Assembly: GCA_017623515.1 (NCBI GenBank)
Contig: JAGAOV010000015.1
Coordinates: 471 to 64,470, forward strand
Length of the DNA: 64,000 nt
Source: Ruminococcus sp.
GTDB lineage: Bacteria; Bacillota; Clostridia; Oscillospirales; Ruminococcaceae
Direction: 5' to 3'
The number at the start of each line of letters is the position of its first letter. Position 1 is the stretch's first letter. A program made the position numbers and the translations under genes. Of the stretch, positions 17,945-28,874 are shown in pieces. The notes under the pieces were generated by a model. The model did no database searches, had not been told where the DNA came from, and saw nothing but the letters and a program-made list of their open reading frames with translations.

Positions 17945-18505
17945 TTAACCTCTCCTGAGCTTTCTCTTTGCTCTCTGAAAGGCATTATCTACGGACTTTA
18001 TCGGGATTCCAAGTTCTCTTGCGATCTCTTCATATCCTGCGCCGCCCATAAACATCATACACACCTGATATTCCCGTGAGGAAAGCCGTGAAACCATATT
18101 CCTCCACAGCTCAGCCCATTCTTCTCTCTGCACAACAATTGAATCCGGCTGTGCCGACGTATCCTCTGTCTCAAACTCCGGTGCGCTTATGTCACCAACA
18201 GGCATGGGATTTCGCCTGCTGCTGCGGATAAGGGTAAGCATTCTATTTACTATACATGTGCTTGCATAAGTATAAAACTTGATCTTTCTCATGCGGTCAA
18301 ATCCGGCAACTGCTGACAGCAGTCCAAGAAAACCTTCCTGTGCAAGGTCATCTGCCTCTGCTGTTCCGCTTAGCTGTGATGCCTTCCAGCGTATAAAACG
18401 AGTATATCTTCCGATAAGAATATATATCGCATCCGGATTGCTCTCTGCCGCTAAAGCAAGCTCTTCATCCGTTAGCTGATCAAGCTCTGCATTTTTCAAA
18501 TCCAT
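17945..18505 (-). CDS. sigH: RNA polymerase sigma factor, sigma-H-like
   Basis: DDLAQEGFLGL, FYTYASTCI, YEEIAREL…KSVDNAFQRAKRKL. Confidence 0.8.
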   Translation of the reverse strand: MDLKNAELDQLTDEELALAAESNPDAIYILIGRYTRFIRWKASQLSGTAEADDLAQEGFLGLLSAVAGFDRMRKIKFYTYASTCIVNRMLTLIRSSRRNPMPVGDISAPEFETEDTSAQPDSIVVQREEWAELWRNMVSRLSSREYQVCMMFMGGAGYEEIARELGIPIKSVDNAFQRAKRKLRRG

Positions 18506-18546
18506 GCTCTCCCATATCTGATGTTCTGTTCAGTCTGTACCTTTTT

Positions 18547-18575
18547 ATTATATCTGAAAAGAGAATTCTTGTCAA
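18547..18575 (-). promoter_or_regulatory. Sigma-A promoter of sigH
   Basis: TTGACA-17-TATAAT on the minus strand. Confidence 0.75.
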
Positions 18576-18671
18576 TATAGTTCCACAAAAATCAAAAATT
18601 ATCCGAGAAAAAACAGCAAAACAGACAGATTTTACACATGAAATTCTGGCATAATGCACACATCATTTTTT

Positions 18672-18708
18672 AAAAAAACAGGTGCGAAGGCATTTCTCCG
18701 CACCTGTT
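18672..18708 (-). terminator. ftsZ terminator
   Basis: AACAGGTGCG…CGCACCTGTT hairpin plus T-run on the minus strand. Confidence 0.75.
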
Positions 18709-18714
18709 ATATCA

Positions 18715-19890
18715 TTATCTTTCATCAAGGATTTTGAAAATTGTTTCCCATTCATCCTCATTAAGAAGAGGTGTTCTGGATGCAGCAGGCTTTGCAGGAG
18801 CCGGTGCAGCCTGCTGTACAGGTGCGGCTGGCTTTACTTCAGCCTTAGGTGCTTCAACTACTACCGGTGCTTCAGCAGCAGGTGCTTCCTCAGCAGCCTT
18901 CTTTGCAGCTACTTCAGCAGGATCGGGATCGGGATCGTTAAAGCCAGTTGCAATTACTGTAATTGTCATTTCGTCGTGCATGTCTTCCTTGAATGCAGTA
19001 CCGAAAATAGATTCAACATTATCAGCAGCCTTTTCTGTGATAAGCTTAGTTGCTGCATCTACATCCGTAGAAAGTACATCCTCGCTCATTGTGATATTGA
19101 TAAGCAGACGCTTTGCACCTGCAATAGATGTCTCAAGCAGCGGGCTTGCAATAACCTCGGCAGCTGCGATCTTTGCCTTGTCCTTACCAGAACCATGACC
19201 AATAGCCATATGTGCAAAGCCTGCGCCACGCATGATAGTTGTAATATCTGCAAAGTCAAGGTTGATGTAGCCTTCCTCAACAATAAGGTCGGAAATGCTG
19301 CGAACGCCCTTCTCAAGAATTGCATCTGCCATTGCAAAGGACTCACGCATTGTCAGCGGCTTGTCATCGCCTTCCAGAAGCTTTTCATTAGGAATCACAA
19401 TAAGAGAATCTACATATTTCTTCAGCTCTTCAATACCCTTTTCAGCCTGAATCATCTTCTGCTCACGCTCAAATGCAAAGGGCTTGGTTACAACTGCAAC
19501 AGTCAGAATGCCTGCATCCTTAGCAATACGTGCTACTACAGGAGCTGCACCAGTACCTGTACCGCCGCCCATGCCGGCAGTGATGAATACCATGTCTGCA
19601 CCTCTCAGTGCACTTTCGATCTCTTCTGCATTCTCCTCGGCACTGCTTGCACCTACAGCTGGCTTATTTCCTGCGCCTCTGCCTCGTGTAAGCTTTGCAC
19701 CTATCTGGATTCTTGTGCTTGCCTTGGAATTATTCAGAGCCTTAGCGTCTGTATTAACTGCGATATACTCAATATTCTGTACACCGGACTGAACCATGCA
19801 ATTGAGGGCATTGCCGCCGGCACCGCCTACACCAACTACTTTTATACATACATCCGGTTCAAATGCATCTTCATAAATGAAATCTGTCAT
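18715..19890 (-). CDS. ftsZ: Cell division protein FtsZ
   Basis: VGVGGAGGNA, GMGGGTGTG tubulin signature, INLDFAD. Confidence 0.97.
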   Translation of the reverse strand: MTDFIYEDAFEPDVCIKVVGVGGAGGNALNCMVQSGVQNIEYIAVNTDAKALNNSKASTRIQIGAKLTRGRGAGNKPAVGASSAEENAEEIESALRGADMVFITAGMGGGTGTGAAPVVARIAKDAGILTVAVVTKPFAFEREQKMIQAEKGIEELKKYVDSLIVIPNEKLLEGDDKPLTMRESFAMADAILEKGVRSISDLIVEEGYINLDFADITTIMRGAGFAHMAIGHGSGKDKAKIAAAEVIASPLLETSIAGAKRLLINITMSEDVLSTDVDAATKLITEKAADNVESIFGTAFKEDMHDEMTITVIATGFNDPDPDPAEVAAKKAAEEAPAAEAPVVVEAPKAEVKPAAPVQQAAPAPAKPAASRTPLLNEDEWETIFKILDER

Positions 19891-19982
19891 TATTCTGCTT
19901 CCTCCTAAGTTTTGCTTCTATGCCGCAGACCTTTGGACTTTCCTTCGCCGTGGTCTGACCTTTGCTCATAAATACACTTCAT

Positions 19983-20011
19983 ATTGTAACACACTTCAGC
20001 CTGCATTTCAA
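19983..20011 (-). promoter_or_regulatory. Candidate ftsZ promoter
   Basis: TTGAAA-17-TACAAT on the minus strand. Confidence 0.55.
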
Positions 20012-20063
20012 GTGATTTTAGAAATTTTTTTCTCTTTTTCAGCAGACTTTGCCATTTTTCGGT

Positions 20064-20972
20064 TTATTGCACTATATTTCCTGCTTCTCTGACAGTTTCT
20101 GTGCTTGTTGTTTGTGACATTGCACTGTCTGCACCTGTGGCAGTTGTTGTACCGGCTGCGGCAACCTGATTTGCCAGCTCAACTGAAGCCTTATCTCTGA
20201 ATGAACACTGGTTGTTTCCTATCATTGTAAGATAGCCTTTCTTATCCTTGCCCAGACGGTTTATTACCGATTCTGCAAGAGTTATCTTGTATGATATTTC
20301 ATTCCAGTTACCCATTGCAAATTCAATCCTGTCATCAAATATTACTACAATATTATACTTGTCCGACATATCAATGGATGTTATAGGCACACTGAATTCC
20401 TTGCTCATAAGTTCTGCAAAGGTATGGAATACCTCATTCTTTACCTCATCTGATGACTCCACATGCTTGCCCGGAGTAAGTACTGTAGGATTAAAGCCGT
20501 ATATTACCGGCAGCTTTCCGGAAACCTCAGAGCTGTTTGCTATTATCTTTCCGCTTTCGCTTGTCAGCAGAATACCGTTGTCAAAAAATATGTTGAATGA
20601 TTCACGGCATGCTCTTACTTCTATTGAAACCGCATCCGGATATTCCTTTGAAACCTCTGCTGATTCAATATATATAAGCTCTGTCTCAATATTCTCCTCT
20701 ATCTGTTCCACATTCAGCTTCAGAAGGTTGTCCCCTTTTTGCGCTCCGCCTGCCTCTACTATTTCTGACGGTGTGTACTGAGGAGCTGTTCCGCTTACCC
20801 CGATAGATGCTACATTGAAAAAAACAGTCATTGACAGTGCCACACCCACACATGCTGTCAGCAGCAGCACTGTAAGTGTATATATCGGCAATAGTCTCCT
20901 TCGTCTGCGCATTCTTTTGGCGTTCTGGTAGCCGCTGCGTACACTTGTCTTTTCGACATCATGCATTGCCAT
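20064..20972 (-). CDS. ftsQ: Cell division protein FtsQ/DivIB
   Basis: Basic N-terminus, single TM, POTRA-like region; lies before ftsZ; AAGGAGG RBS. Confidence 0.8.
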   Translation of the reverse strand: MAMHDVEKTSVRSGYQNAKRMRRRRRLLPIYTLTVLLLTACVGVALSMTVFFNVASIGVSGTAPQYTPSEIVEAGGAQKGDNLLKLNVEQIEENIETELIYIESAEVSKEYPDAVSIEVRACRESFNIFFDNGILLTSESGKIIANSSEVSGKLPVIYGFNPTVLTPGKHVESSDEVKNEVFHTFAELMSKEFSVPITSIDMSDKYNIVVIFDDRIEFAMGNWNEISYKITLAESVINRLGKDKKGYLTMIGNNQCSFRDKASVELANQVAAAGTTTATGADSAMSQTTSTETVREAGNIVQ

Positions 20973-21045
20973 AGCTGTCCTCCTTAATATTACAAAGCAC
21001 ATCCGCAAACGCCGCACGGTCTGCGGATGTGTTCTGATTATGCAT

Positions 21046-22314
21046 TTACTGCTGAACCCGTGCTATATCTGCTCCTGCACCCTTCAGCACCTCTTCTATT
21101 TTCTCATATCCCCTGTCTATGTGGCATATCTGCCTTACCTCTGTAGTTCCGGCTGCGCAAAGCCCTGCTACTACAAGTGCAGCTCCGCTTCTGAGGTCTG
21201 TCGCCGCCGCATGTGCTCCGTACAGCTCCTTCACTCCGCTGACTACAGCGGTTCTTCCTGATACGCATATATCCGCACCCATCTGCACGAGTCCGTCTAC
21301 ATGCCGGTATCTGTTTTCAAAGATATTCTCTTCAAAAACACTTGTTCCCTCTGCTGTTGTCATCGCTGCCATTATCACCGGCTGTATATCTGTAGGAAAG
21401 CCGGGATGAGGCATTGTTTTCAGCCTGAAACAGCTTTTAAGCCTTTTTGGTGCATGGAGATAGACTGAATCCTCTGCTCTATCCACACGGCAGCCTGACT
21501 GCTCAAGCACCGGCAGGACATTTTCCATTTCTGTGCCGTTTGTTCCTCTAAGCCGGATAGTGCCGCCTGTGGCAGCCGCCGCACAAAGATAGGTAAGACC
21601 TGCTATACGGTCGGGCATGACACGATACGCACAGCCGCCAAGCTTTTTTACACCCTTTATGCGTATAGTACTCTCTCCGTCGCCGCTTATACATGCTCCG
21701 CTTCTCCTGAGAAATTCTGCAAGATCGCATATTTCAGGCTCTCTTGCCGCATTGCACAGTACAGTCTCACCTTTTGCAAGAACTGCCGCAAGCATTATAT
21801 TCTCAGTTGCTCCTACCGAAGGAAACCTAAGATGTATCCTTGCGCCTTTCAGTCCGCATGGTGCAGTACAGTCAAGCCTGCCCTCATGTCGCTGGATACA
21901 CACTCCCATTTTACTCAGTGCATCAAGGTGCATATCTATCGGTCTCGGCCCAAGCTCACATCCGCCGGGATAGTAGACCTGACATGCGCCCGTTCTTCCC
22001 AGAAGTGCGCCAAGAAATACAATAGATGACCGCATTTCCTGCATAAGCTGTTCAGGAATCTCACTGCGGACGATATTTTCTGCATGTATAGTAACTGTAT
22101 GCTCCTCAAAGCTGCACCGGCACCCTGTATGAGTCAGTATGCGAAGTGCCGCAAACACATCTGTAAGACGTGGACAGTTTTCCAGTACAGTTTCTCCGCT
22201 GCACAGCAATGACGCTGCAAGGATGGGCAATGCACTATTCTTTGCACCACGGAGCAGTATTTCGCCCCAAAGAGCATTGCCGCCTTTTATTACAAGCTTC
22301 TGCACCTGCATCAC
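21046..22314 (-). CDS. murA: UDP-N-acetylglucosamine 1-carboxyvinyltransferase (start may be GTG at 22305)
   Basis: GAKNSALP, PGGCELGPRP, SVGATEN, PGFPTD, TDLRSGA. Confidence 0.93.
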   Translation of the reverse strand: MMQVQKLVIKGGNALWGEILLRGAKNSALPILAASLLCSGETVLENCPRLTDVFAALRILTHTGCRCSFEEHTVTIHAENIVRSEIPEQLMQEMRSSIVFLGALLGRTGACQVYYPGGCELGPRPIDMHLDALSKMGVCIQRHEGRLDCTAPCGLKGARIHLRFPSVGATENIMLAAVLAKGETVLCNAAREPEICDLAEFLRRSGACISGDGESTIRIKGVKKLGGCAYRVMPDRIAGLTYLCAAAATGGTIRLRGTNGTEMENVLPVLEQSGCRVDRAEDSVYLHAPKRLKSCFRLKTMPHPGFPTDIQPVIMAAMTTAEGTSVFEENIFENRYRHVDGLVQMGADICVSGRTAVVSGVKELYGAHAAATDLRSGAALVVAGLCAAGTTEVRQICHIDRGYEKIEEVLKGAGADIARVQQ

Positions 22315-22359
22315 CTCTTGCTTTTTTTACATGCTATGCAGAGATGACGTTTTTGGTGA

Positions 22360-23640
22360 TTACTCTGTATCCTCTGTATCAGTATACTCCTTTTCGGGCA
22401 GCATACGTGGAATACATGATAGAAATGCGTCCTTAGCCTTTCCTGCGGCTTCCTTTGCTGTAAGCTTTTCCTTTGCACCGCCCTCAGCACTGGATTTTAC
22501 TGAACCATTTCTCTTTCTTCCTATCTCAAGAAGCTCCTCGATCACAGTCCAGATCCTGTCAGGTGTATTGTCTATACAGAGTGACGCTGCCTTTTCTGAC
22601 ATCGTTCTCAGCTTGTCGGGTTCTGAATAGAGATTATTAACATGACGGATTATACCTTCCACAGTTACATTCTTCTGCTCGATAACGATCGCCGCACCAG
22701 CCTTGCCCAGAACGTTTGCATTATGGAACTGATGATTTCCTGCAACTATAGGAGATGGTATAAGAATAGATGCCTTGCCTGCGGCTTCAAGCTCTGCAAG
22801 GGTGCTTGCTCCTGCACGGCATATTACAAGGTCTGCTGCTGCAAGACAGGTTGCCATATCATTGATGTATTCTGTTATTCTCAGACGCTTGCTGCGCATT
22901 GGTATGCCGGCTTTCTCCATAGCCTCCGGAAAGGAATCTCTTCCCATTCCGCCGTAGCCGTGAATATGATTGATTCCCATATTATTCTTTACATGCCATG
23001 GTATAAGTCGCTCCATAACCTCGTTTATACAGCCTGCACCAAGGCTTCCGCCGAATGACAGGATGCACATATTATCATCAAAGCCAAGCTCTCTTCTTGC
23101 TTCCGCCTTTGACTTATGGGATATGCCTGAACGAACCGGCAGTCCTGTTACAGTATAGGGACAGTCAAATTCCATATACTCCAGTGCTTCCTTTACAGTG
23201 AGCATTACATGGTCAACCTGCTGGGAAAGCATTTTATTGGTAACACCAGGGAAAGCGTTCTGCTCGTGTATGGCGCATGGAACGCCCATTTTGGCAGCCA
23301 TACGCACTACTGGCCCTGATACATAACCGCCTGTACCGATAACTATATCCGGCTTGAAGTCCTCTACTATCTGACGGGCACGTTTTCCCGATTTTGCGAG
23401 AAGACGCACTGCATTGATATTTCTCTTGATATTCTCAAAGGAAAGACTCCTCTGAAAGCCTGCAACCTCTATGGTCGTAAGCTGGTATCCGGACTGCGGT
23501 ACAAGACGTGCTTCCATACCATCTGGTGTTCCTGCGAAAAGAAACTCTGCCTCCGGACAATGTGCCTGAATTATTGAAGCGATGGCAAGTGCCGGATTTA
23601 TATGTCCGCCTGTTCCTCCGCCTGCTAACAATACTCTCAT
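22360..23640 (-). CDS. murG: MurG glycosyltransferase
   Basis: GGGTGGH, GTGGYVSGP, HEQN, GGSLGA, RAGASTLAE. Confidence 0.95.
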   Translation of the reverse strand: MRVLLAGGGTGGHINPALAIASIIQAHCPEAEFLFAGTPDGMEARLVPQSGYQLTTIEVAGFQRSLSFENIKRNINAVRLLAKSGKRARQIVEDFKPDIVIGTGGYVSGPVVRMAAKMGVPCAIHEQNAFPGVTNKMLSQQVDHVMLTVKEALEYMEFDCPYTVTGLPVRSGISHKSKAEARRELGFDDNMCILSFGGSLGAGCINEVMERLIPWHVKNNMGINHIHGYGGMGRDSFPEAMEKAGIPMRSKRLRITEYINDMATCLAAADLVICRAGASTLAELEAAGKASILIPSPIVAGNHQFHNANVLGKAGAAIVIEQKNVTVEGIIRHVNNLYSEPDKLRTMSEKAASLCIDNTPDRIWTVIEELLEIGRKRNGSVKSSAEGGAKEKLTAKEAAGKAKDAFLSCIPRMLPEKEYTDTEDTE

Positions 23641-23657
23641 AATTTTCCTCCTATAAC

Positions 23658-24887
23658 CTATGCCTCCGCATTTGCCGAAATCTTTTTCCGGCGTGATTCA
23701 GTATATGCTGCCTTATATCTGGTTCGTGATATATTCATAACGATTCCCATTTCAGCAAGCTGAAGTATAAGCGCAGTACCGCCGTAGCTGAAGAACGGCA
23801 GACTGATACCAGTATTGGGGAAAAGGTTGCTTACAACGGCGATATTTATAAACGCCTGAAGTCCGATATGCATTGTAAATCCTACTGCAAGAAGCATACC
23901 GAATTTATCCTGTGCCTGTGTCGCTATACGGAAGCCTCTGAATACCAGAAATGCAAAAAGCAGTACTACTGTGAGTGCGCCTACAAATCCAAGCTCCTCG
24001 CATACGATGGAGAATACAAAGTCATTCTTTGTTTCAGGAAGATAAAGGAACTTCTGTCTTGATTCTCCAAGACCAAGTCCGAAAAGTCCGCCTGAACCAA
24101 TTGCAATAAGTGACTGACAGGTTTGCCATGTGCCGCCCTGACTGTCTGAAAACGGATCAAGCCACGATTCGATTCGTGTCTGAATGTAGCCGTATCCTTC
24201 GTAAATAGAAAGAAACAATACGATACCTATGATCGCACCTATACCCAGAAGAATGAGTATAAGGAAGTGCTTGACCTTTGCACCGCCTACCCAGATAAGT
24301 GTAATGCCAATGAGTCCGATAAGGATAGTACAGGAAAGATGCGGCTCAAGCATAAGGAGACCTGCTACTATTCCAAGTGCCAGAAGATAGGGCATTATTC
24401 CTGTGCGGAATTTACCCATACGGTCATAATTCATTTCAATAAGATATGCGAAAAAGATCACTATACCGATCTTCATAAGCTCCGACGGCTGAAAGTTAAA
24501 GCTTCCTATAACAAGCCATCTCTGAGCACCTTTTACGCTTTTTCCGGCTACAAGTACAAGTATAAGAAGTATTACCGGTATAACATAGCTGCCTATTGCA
24601 ATGAGAGGTGTTCTGTATATACGGTAATCTACTACGGAAAGCACATACATAAGCACAAGACCGATAACGCCGGTCTTTATCTGCTCTACAGCATAGTATG
24701 TTCCATCATATCCCTCCGCTATCGCCCATGCATAGCTTGCAGAGAACATCATGATTATTCCCATTACAAGCAGTGCAAGCACTGTCAGGAAGAACGGAAC
24801 ATCTACCTCGCCGTATCGCACTCCCTTCTGAACAAAGGGAAAACGGAGACTGAGGCGTTCTTTCTTTTTTCTCACGGCTTCTGCCAT
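23658..24887 (-). CDS. ftsW: FtsW/SpoVE SEDS protein
   Basis: GAQRW, FQPSE, LPETKNDF, LPFFSYGG. Confidence 0.93.
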   Translation of the reverse strand: MAEAVRKKKERLSLRFPFVQKGVRYGEVDVPFFLTVLALLVMGIIMMFSASYAWAIAEGYDGTYYAVEQIKTGVIGLVLMYVLSVVDYRIYRTPLIAIGSYVIPVILLILVLVAGKSVKGAQRWLVIGSFNFQPSELMKIGIVIFFAYLIEMNYDRMGKFRTGIMPYLLALGIVAGLLMLEPHLSCTILIGLIGITLIWVGGAKVKHFLILILLGIGAIIGIVLFLSIYEGYGYIQTRIESWLDPFSDSQGGTWQTCQSLIAIGSGGLFGLGLGESRQKFLYLPETKNDFVFSIVCEELGFVGALTVVLLFAFLVFRGFRIATQAQDKFGMLLAVGFTMHIGLQAFINIAVVSNLFPNTGISLPFFSYGGTALILQLAEMGIVMNISRTRYKAAYTESRRKKISANAEA

Positions 24888-24914
24888 ATAGAACCTCCTT
24901 TTAATCTGAACCTC

Positions 24915-25961
24915 TTACACAAGAGGATGAACCAGCAGCATACCTCCTACACCTGCAAGAACAGCAAACAGTGAAAATGTGATAACTATCTTGTATTCGC
25001 TGAATCCGCTCATCTCAAAATGATGATGTATAGGTGTCATCTTGAAGATACGGCGGCCTTCACCGTATTTCTTCTTGGTGTATTTGAAATATGTTACCTG
25101 AATAACTACTGAAAGTGCCTCAATTATATAAACAAGGGCAAGAAGCACCAGAACTAAATGCTGTCTTGTTACAAGACCGGCACAGGTTACTGCTGCTCCA
25201 AGGAACATTGAGCCTGTATCACCCATGAAGCACTTCGCCGGATGAAGGTTCCATACAAGGAATCCAAGACATCCGCCGGCTACAGCAATCGTGAAAACTG
25301 ACATCTCATTATTGCTGAGCATATGGAATATTACGGTATACAGCAGCATATTTACCATTGTTACCGTGCCGCACAGACCGTCTATGCCGTCTGTGAGATT
25401 TACTGCATTTGTAAGATAGAGAATGACTACTATAATAAGCGGATAGTAGAACCATCCGAGATCAAACTCAATAAATGCAAGATCAATAGTTGTATTTGTA
25501 TCACCAAAGAAACGCATTGCAAAGAGCCAGCCTGCGGATATTATAACCTGAATTGCGATCTTCTGCCATGGTGTGAGACCATCGTTGTCCTTGCGTACAA
25601 CCTTTGTAAAGTCGTCGATAAATCCCATGAGTCCGAAAAGCATACAGAACAGCACACAGCTTAGAAGTCTCATTGCTGAATCGTTCATGGCAGCAGTATC
25701 TGCCGGCTTTGGTGCTGCAAACATTCTGTACACAACATACCCCACTGCTACAGAAATTACTGCTGATATAATAAACATGATACCGCCCATTGTAGGAGTA
25801 CCCTGCTTACCCTCATGCCACTTAGGGCCGAATTCAACCTTGATAGGCTGACCAAATTTCAGCTTGTGGAGGAACGGTATAAGCATTTTTCCGCATATCG
25901 CTGCAATCACAAAGGAAAGCAGACCTGTTATAAGCTCAATCCAGAACGGCATTTTGTTCAT
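24915..25961 (-). CDS. mraY: Phospho-MurNAc-pentapeptide transferase
   Basis: GTPTMGG, NAVNLTDGIDGL, FMGDTGS, PIHHHFE. Confidence 0.95.
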   Translation of the reverse strand: MNKMPFWIELITGLLSFVIAAICGKMLIPFLHKLKFGQPIKVEFGPKWHEGKQGTPTMGGIMFIISAVISVAVGYVVYRMFAAPKPADTAAMNDSAMRLLSCVLFCMLFGLMGFIDDFTKVVRKDNDGLTPWQKIAIQVIISAGWLFAMRFFGDTNTTIDLAFIEFDLGWFYYPLIIVVILYLTNAVNLTDGIDGLCGTVTMVNMLLYTVIFHMLSNNEMSVFTIAVAGGCLGFLVWNLHPAKCFMGDTGSMFLGAAVTCAGLVTRQHLVLVLLALVYIIEALSVVIQVTYFKYTKKKYGEGRRIFKMTPIHHHFEMSGFSEYKIVITFSLFAVLAGVGGMLLVHPLV

Positions 25962-27315
25962 CCTCCTGTCTGAAAATTTCCTTTATGCAGTCCTCAAGAT
26001 GCATACCTCGGCTTGCCTTGAAAAGAACAAGATCCCCTGTTCTGAGATATGCACGTACTGCACTGCAAAGTTCAGTCTTATCTTCAGTATGGAATACGGA
26101 CGCTCCGCCCTCTGCTGCTGCATTTGCAATATACCTTGCATTTTCTCCGTAGCAGAATATATGGTCTGCACCGCTTACCAGTGCCATTGCACCTACCATT
26201 TCATGAAGCTTTCTTGAAAGATGGCCAAGCTCCAGCATATCTCCCAGAACTGCAAGCTTTCTTCCGGAGGACTTCATTTCCTTCAGTACATGGAGGGCTG
26301 CTCTCATTGAATCAGGGCTTGCATTGTAGCAGTCTGCAATTACTGTATATGTTCCGTGCTGTTCGATATTCTGACGGAAGCCTACTGTCTTGTAGCTGCC
26401 AAGTGCCTCTGCGATCCTTTCCGGAGCTATGCCTGCAAGCCGTCCGGTGCAGTATGCGCCCAGTGCATCCAGTACATTGTGGAGTCCCACGCATGGAAGT
26501 ATCACATGACAGGTCTTTTCACCGTTGTCAATAACGTCAAATTCCGTGCTGCCCTCACCTGCTTCAATAGCTGCCGCACGTACATCAGCGTTTTCATTTT
26601 CAATGCCGTATGTATATACAGGTCGTGTAAGCTCATTTTTCAGCGGTGCAAGGAACGGATCATCTCCGCTTACGATAAGAGGCGAGTCCTCTGCCATGCC
26701 GTCGAGTATCTCAAGCTTTGCTTTCAGTATTCCCTCCTGAGAACCAAGGTTCTCGATATGGGAAAAGCCTATATTTGTTATAACGCCTATAGTGGGCTGA
26801 GTGGTGCAGCTGAGACGGTGTATTTCACCGAAATCAGACATTCCCATTTCTATTACAGCCGCCTCATGACTGCTTTTAAGCTCCATTAGTGTTTTAGGCA
26901 GACCTATCTCATTATTCAGATTTCCCTGTGTTTTCAGCGTTTCATACTGTGAGGAAAGCACCAGAGCGATCATTTCCTTTGATGTGGTCTTTCCTACGCT
27001 GCCTGTTACACCTACAAGAACAGGTGTGAACTTCTTTCTGTAATACGCAGCTATACTGAGCAGTGCACGGCGTGTATCCGGCACAACTATACAGGGACAG
27101 CCCTCGATCTCATATTCAGTTACAGCTGCTACAGCACCGTTTTCCACTGCACGCTTCGCAAAATTATGTCCGTCAAAATTTGCTCCTCTGAGTGCAAGGA
27201 ACAAACATCCCTCCGGCATATTGCGTGTATCTGTGCAGACCTCTGTTATCTCTGCTTCAAATGGTGCAGTACTGTCAAGTGCAGCTGCTATCTCTGTCAA
27301 ACGCAGCATTTCCAT
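25936..27315 (-). CDS. murF: UDP-MurNAc-tripeptide--D-Ala-D-Ala ligase
   Basis: TGSVGKTTSKE, NNEIGLP, EMGM, YNASPDS, KASRG. Confidence 0.93.
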   Translation of the reverse strand: MEMLRLTEIAAALDSTAPFEAEITEVCTDTRNMPEGCLFLALRGANFDGHNFAKRAVENGAVAAVTEYEIEGCPCIVVPDTRRALLSIAAYYRKKFTPVLVGVTGSVGKTTSKEMIALVLSSQYETLKTQGNLNNEIGLPKTLMELKSSHEAAVIEMGMSDFGEIHRLSCTTQPTIGVITNIGFSHIENLGSQEGILKAKLEILDGMAEDSPLIVSGDDPFLAPLKNELTRPVYTYGIENENADVRAAAIEAGEGSTEFDVIDNGEKTCHVILPCVGLHNVLDALGAYCTGRLAGIAPERIAEALGSYKTVGFRQNIEQHGTYTVIADCYNASPDSMRAALHVLKEMKSSGRKLAVLGDMLELGHLSRKLHEMVGAMALVSGADHIFCYGENARYIANAAAEGGASVFHTEDKTELCSAVRAYLRTGDLVLFKASRGMHLEDCIKEIFRQEDEQNAVLD

Positions 27316-27331
27316 GTCGTTTTCCCCCAAA

Positions 27332-28777
27332 TTATTTTTCAGCGTCCAGACGCTTGAGGCATTCCTTTACTATCTCACGTTCATCCATATGAACATGTAC
27401 GCCTCCTGCAAGTATCTGGTAGTCCTCGTGTCCTTTGCCAGCCAGTACGATAACATCGCCGGACTGTGCAAGCTTCATCGCCTTAAAGATTGCTTCACTG
27501 CGGTCTTCCTCCACAACATACGGAACATTTGTTCCCTCAAGTCCTGTGAGTATCTCTTCTATAATTTCCGCCGGTGATTCATCTCTTGGATTATCCGAAG
27601 TAACAATAAGCATATCGGCATACCTTGCAGCCGCCGCTGCCATCTTAGGTCTCTTGGTGCGGTCACGGTTTCCTCCGCAGCCGAAAAGACACATAAGTCT
27701 GCCGCTGGTGTATTCCTTTACACTGCTGAGTATATTTTCAACAGCGTCAGGAGTATGGGCATAATCGCAGATCACAGTATAATCCTTTCCGGTCGGAATT
27801 ATCTCACATCTGCCTCTTACACCCGTGTAACCGTCGAGAGCATTCATCATCTGCTCCATTGTCAGACCTGCACGGAGTCCAGCCGCAATTGCAGCTGTTA
27901 CATTCGCCACATTGAATGTACCTGTCATAAGGAGACTGAGCTGATAGGACTTTTCCCCGCAGCAAAGCCAGAAGCTTGTGCCGTCAGCACGGAGCTTTAT
28001 TGCATCTGCATAAAAATCTCCTCGTCCGCAGCAGCTGTATGAATCCTTTTCGCAGTTGATTTCTTCAAAAAGACGTTTGCCGTACTCATCATCTGTATTT
28101 ATCACAGCATAGTCACACACATCAAAGAGCATGCGCTTTGCCTGATAGTAATTTTCCATGTCACCATGATAATCAAGGTGATCCTGAGTGAGGTTTGTGA
28201 AAACCGCTGTCTCAAAATGTGTCGGGCCGATTCGACGCTGCACCAATCCGAAGGAGGATACCTCCATTACTACATAATCACAGCCTTCTTCAGCCATCTG
28301 AGCATAGAGCTTCATAAGATCAAATACAAAAGGCGTTGTATTTTCAGTATGAACAACACGGTCGCCTATCTCATTCTGAATAGTTCCGATAAGACCTACT
28401 TTTTTGCCGCTTGCAGTAAGCAGACGCTTTATAACGCTTGTTATAGTGGTCTTGCCGTTAGTGCCTGTTACGCCGATAAAGCGCATTTTCTTTTCGGGAT
28501 GACCAAACCACGCTGCACAGAGTCTGCCGTAGGCTTCTCTGGAATTCTGAACAAGGATCTGTCTGTCACCAAGTCCGAGGTCACGTTCTGCAATAACTGC
28601 ATAAGCACCCTTTTCCAGCATCTGCTCCGCAACGCTGTGACCGTCAAAGCTTCCGCCCTTTACGCATATGAACAGACATCCTTCCTGTACCTTGCGGGAA
28701 TCGTCGGTGAGTGTAGTTATTTCTTTGTCCGCAAGCTTTGTCTGTGCTATTCCGTCAAGCAATTCATATAACCGCAT
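27332..28777 (-). CDS. murE: UDP-MurNAc-dipeptide--meso-DAP ligase
   Basis: TGTNGKTT, DYAHTPD, DNPR (DAP-type), GKGHE. Confidence 0.95.
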   Translation of the reverse strand: MRLYELLDGIAQTKLADKEITTLTDDSRKVQEGCLFICVKGGSFDGHSVAEQMLEKGAYAVIAERDLGLGDRQILVQNSREAYGRLCAAWFGHPEKKMRFIGVTGTNGKTTITSVIKRLLTASGKKVGLIGTIQNEIGDRVVHTENTTPFVFDLMKLYAQMAEEGCDYVVMEVSSFGLVQRRIGPTHFETAVFTNLTQDHLDYHGDMENYYQAKRMLFDVCDYAVINTDDEYGKRLFEEINCEKDSYSCCGRGDFYADAIKLRADGTSFWLCCGEKSYQLSLLMTGTFNVANVTAAIAAGLRAGLTMEQMMNALDGYTGVRGRCEIIPTGKDYTVICDYAHTPDAVENILSSVKEYTSGRLMCLFGCGGNRDRTKRPKMAAAAARYADMLIVTSDNPRDESPAEIIEEILTGLEGTNVPYVVEEDRSEAIFKAMKLAQSGDVIVLAGKGHEDYQILAGGVHVHMDEREIVKECLKRLDAEK

Positions 28778-28874
28778 GGTAATACCGCCTTTCGTATGTT
28801 CTGCTAATGCCTATTATTTCTCCTATGCATTCTAATATACCGCTTTGTTTTTTCCAGATAAGGGCAGAACCTTA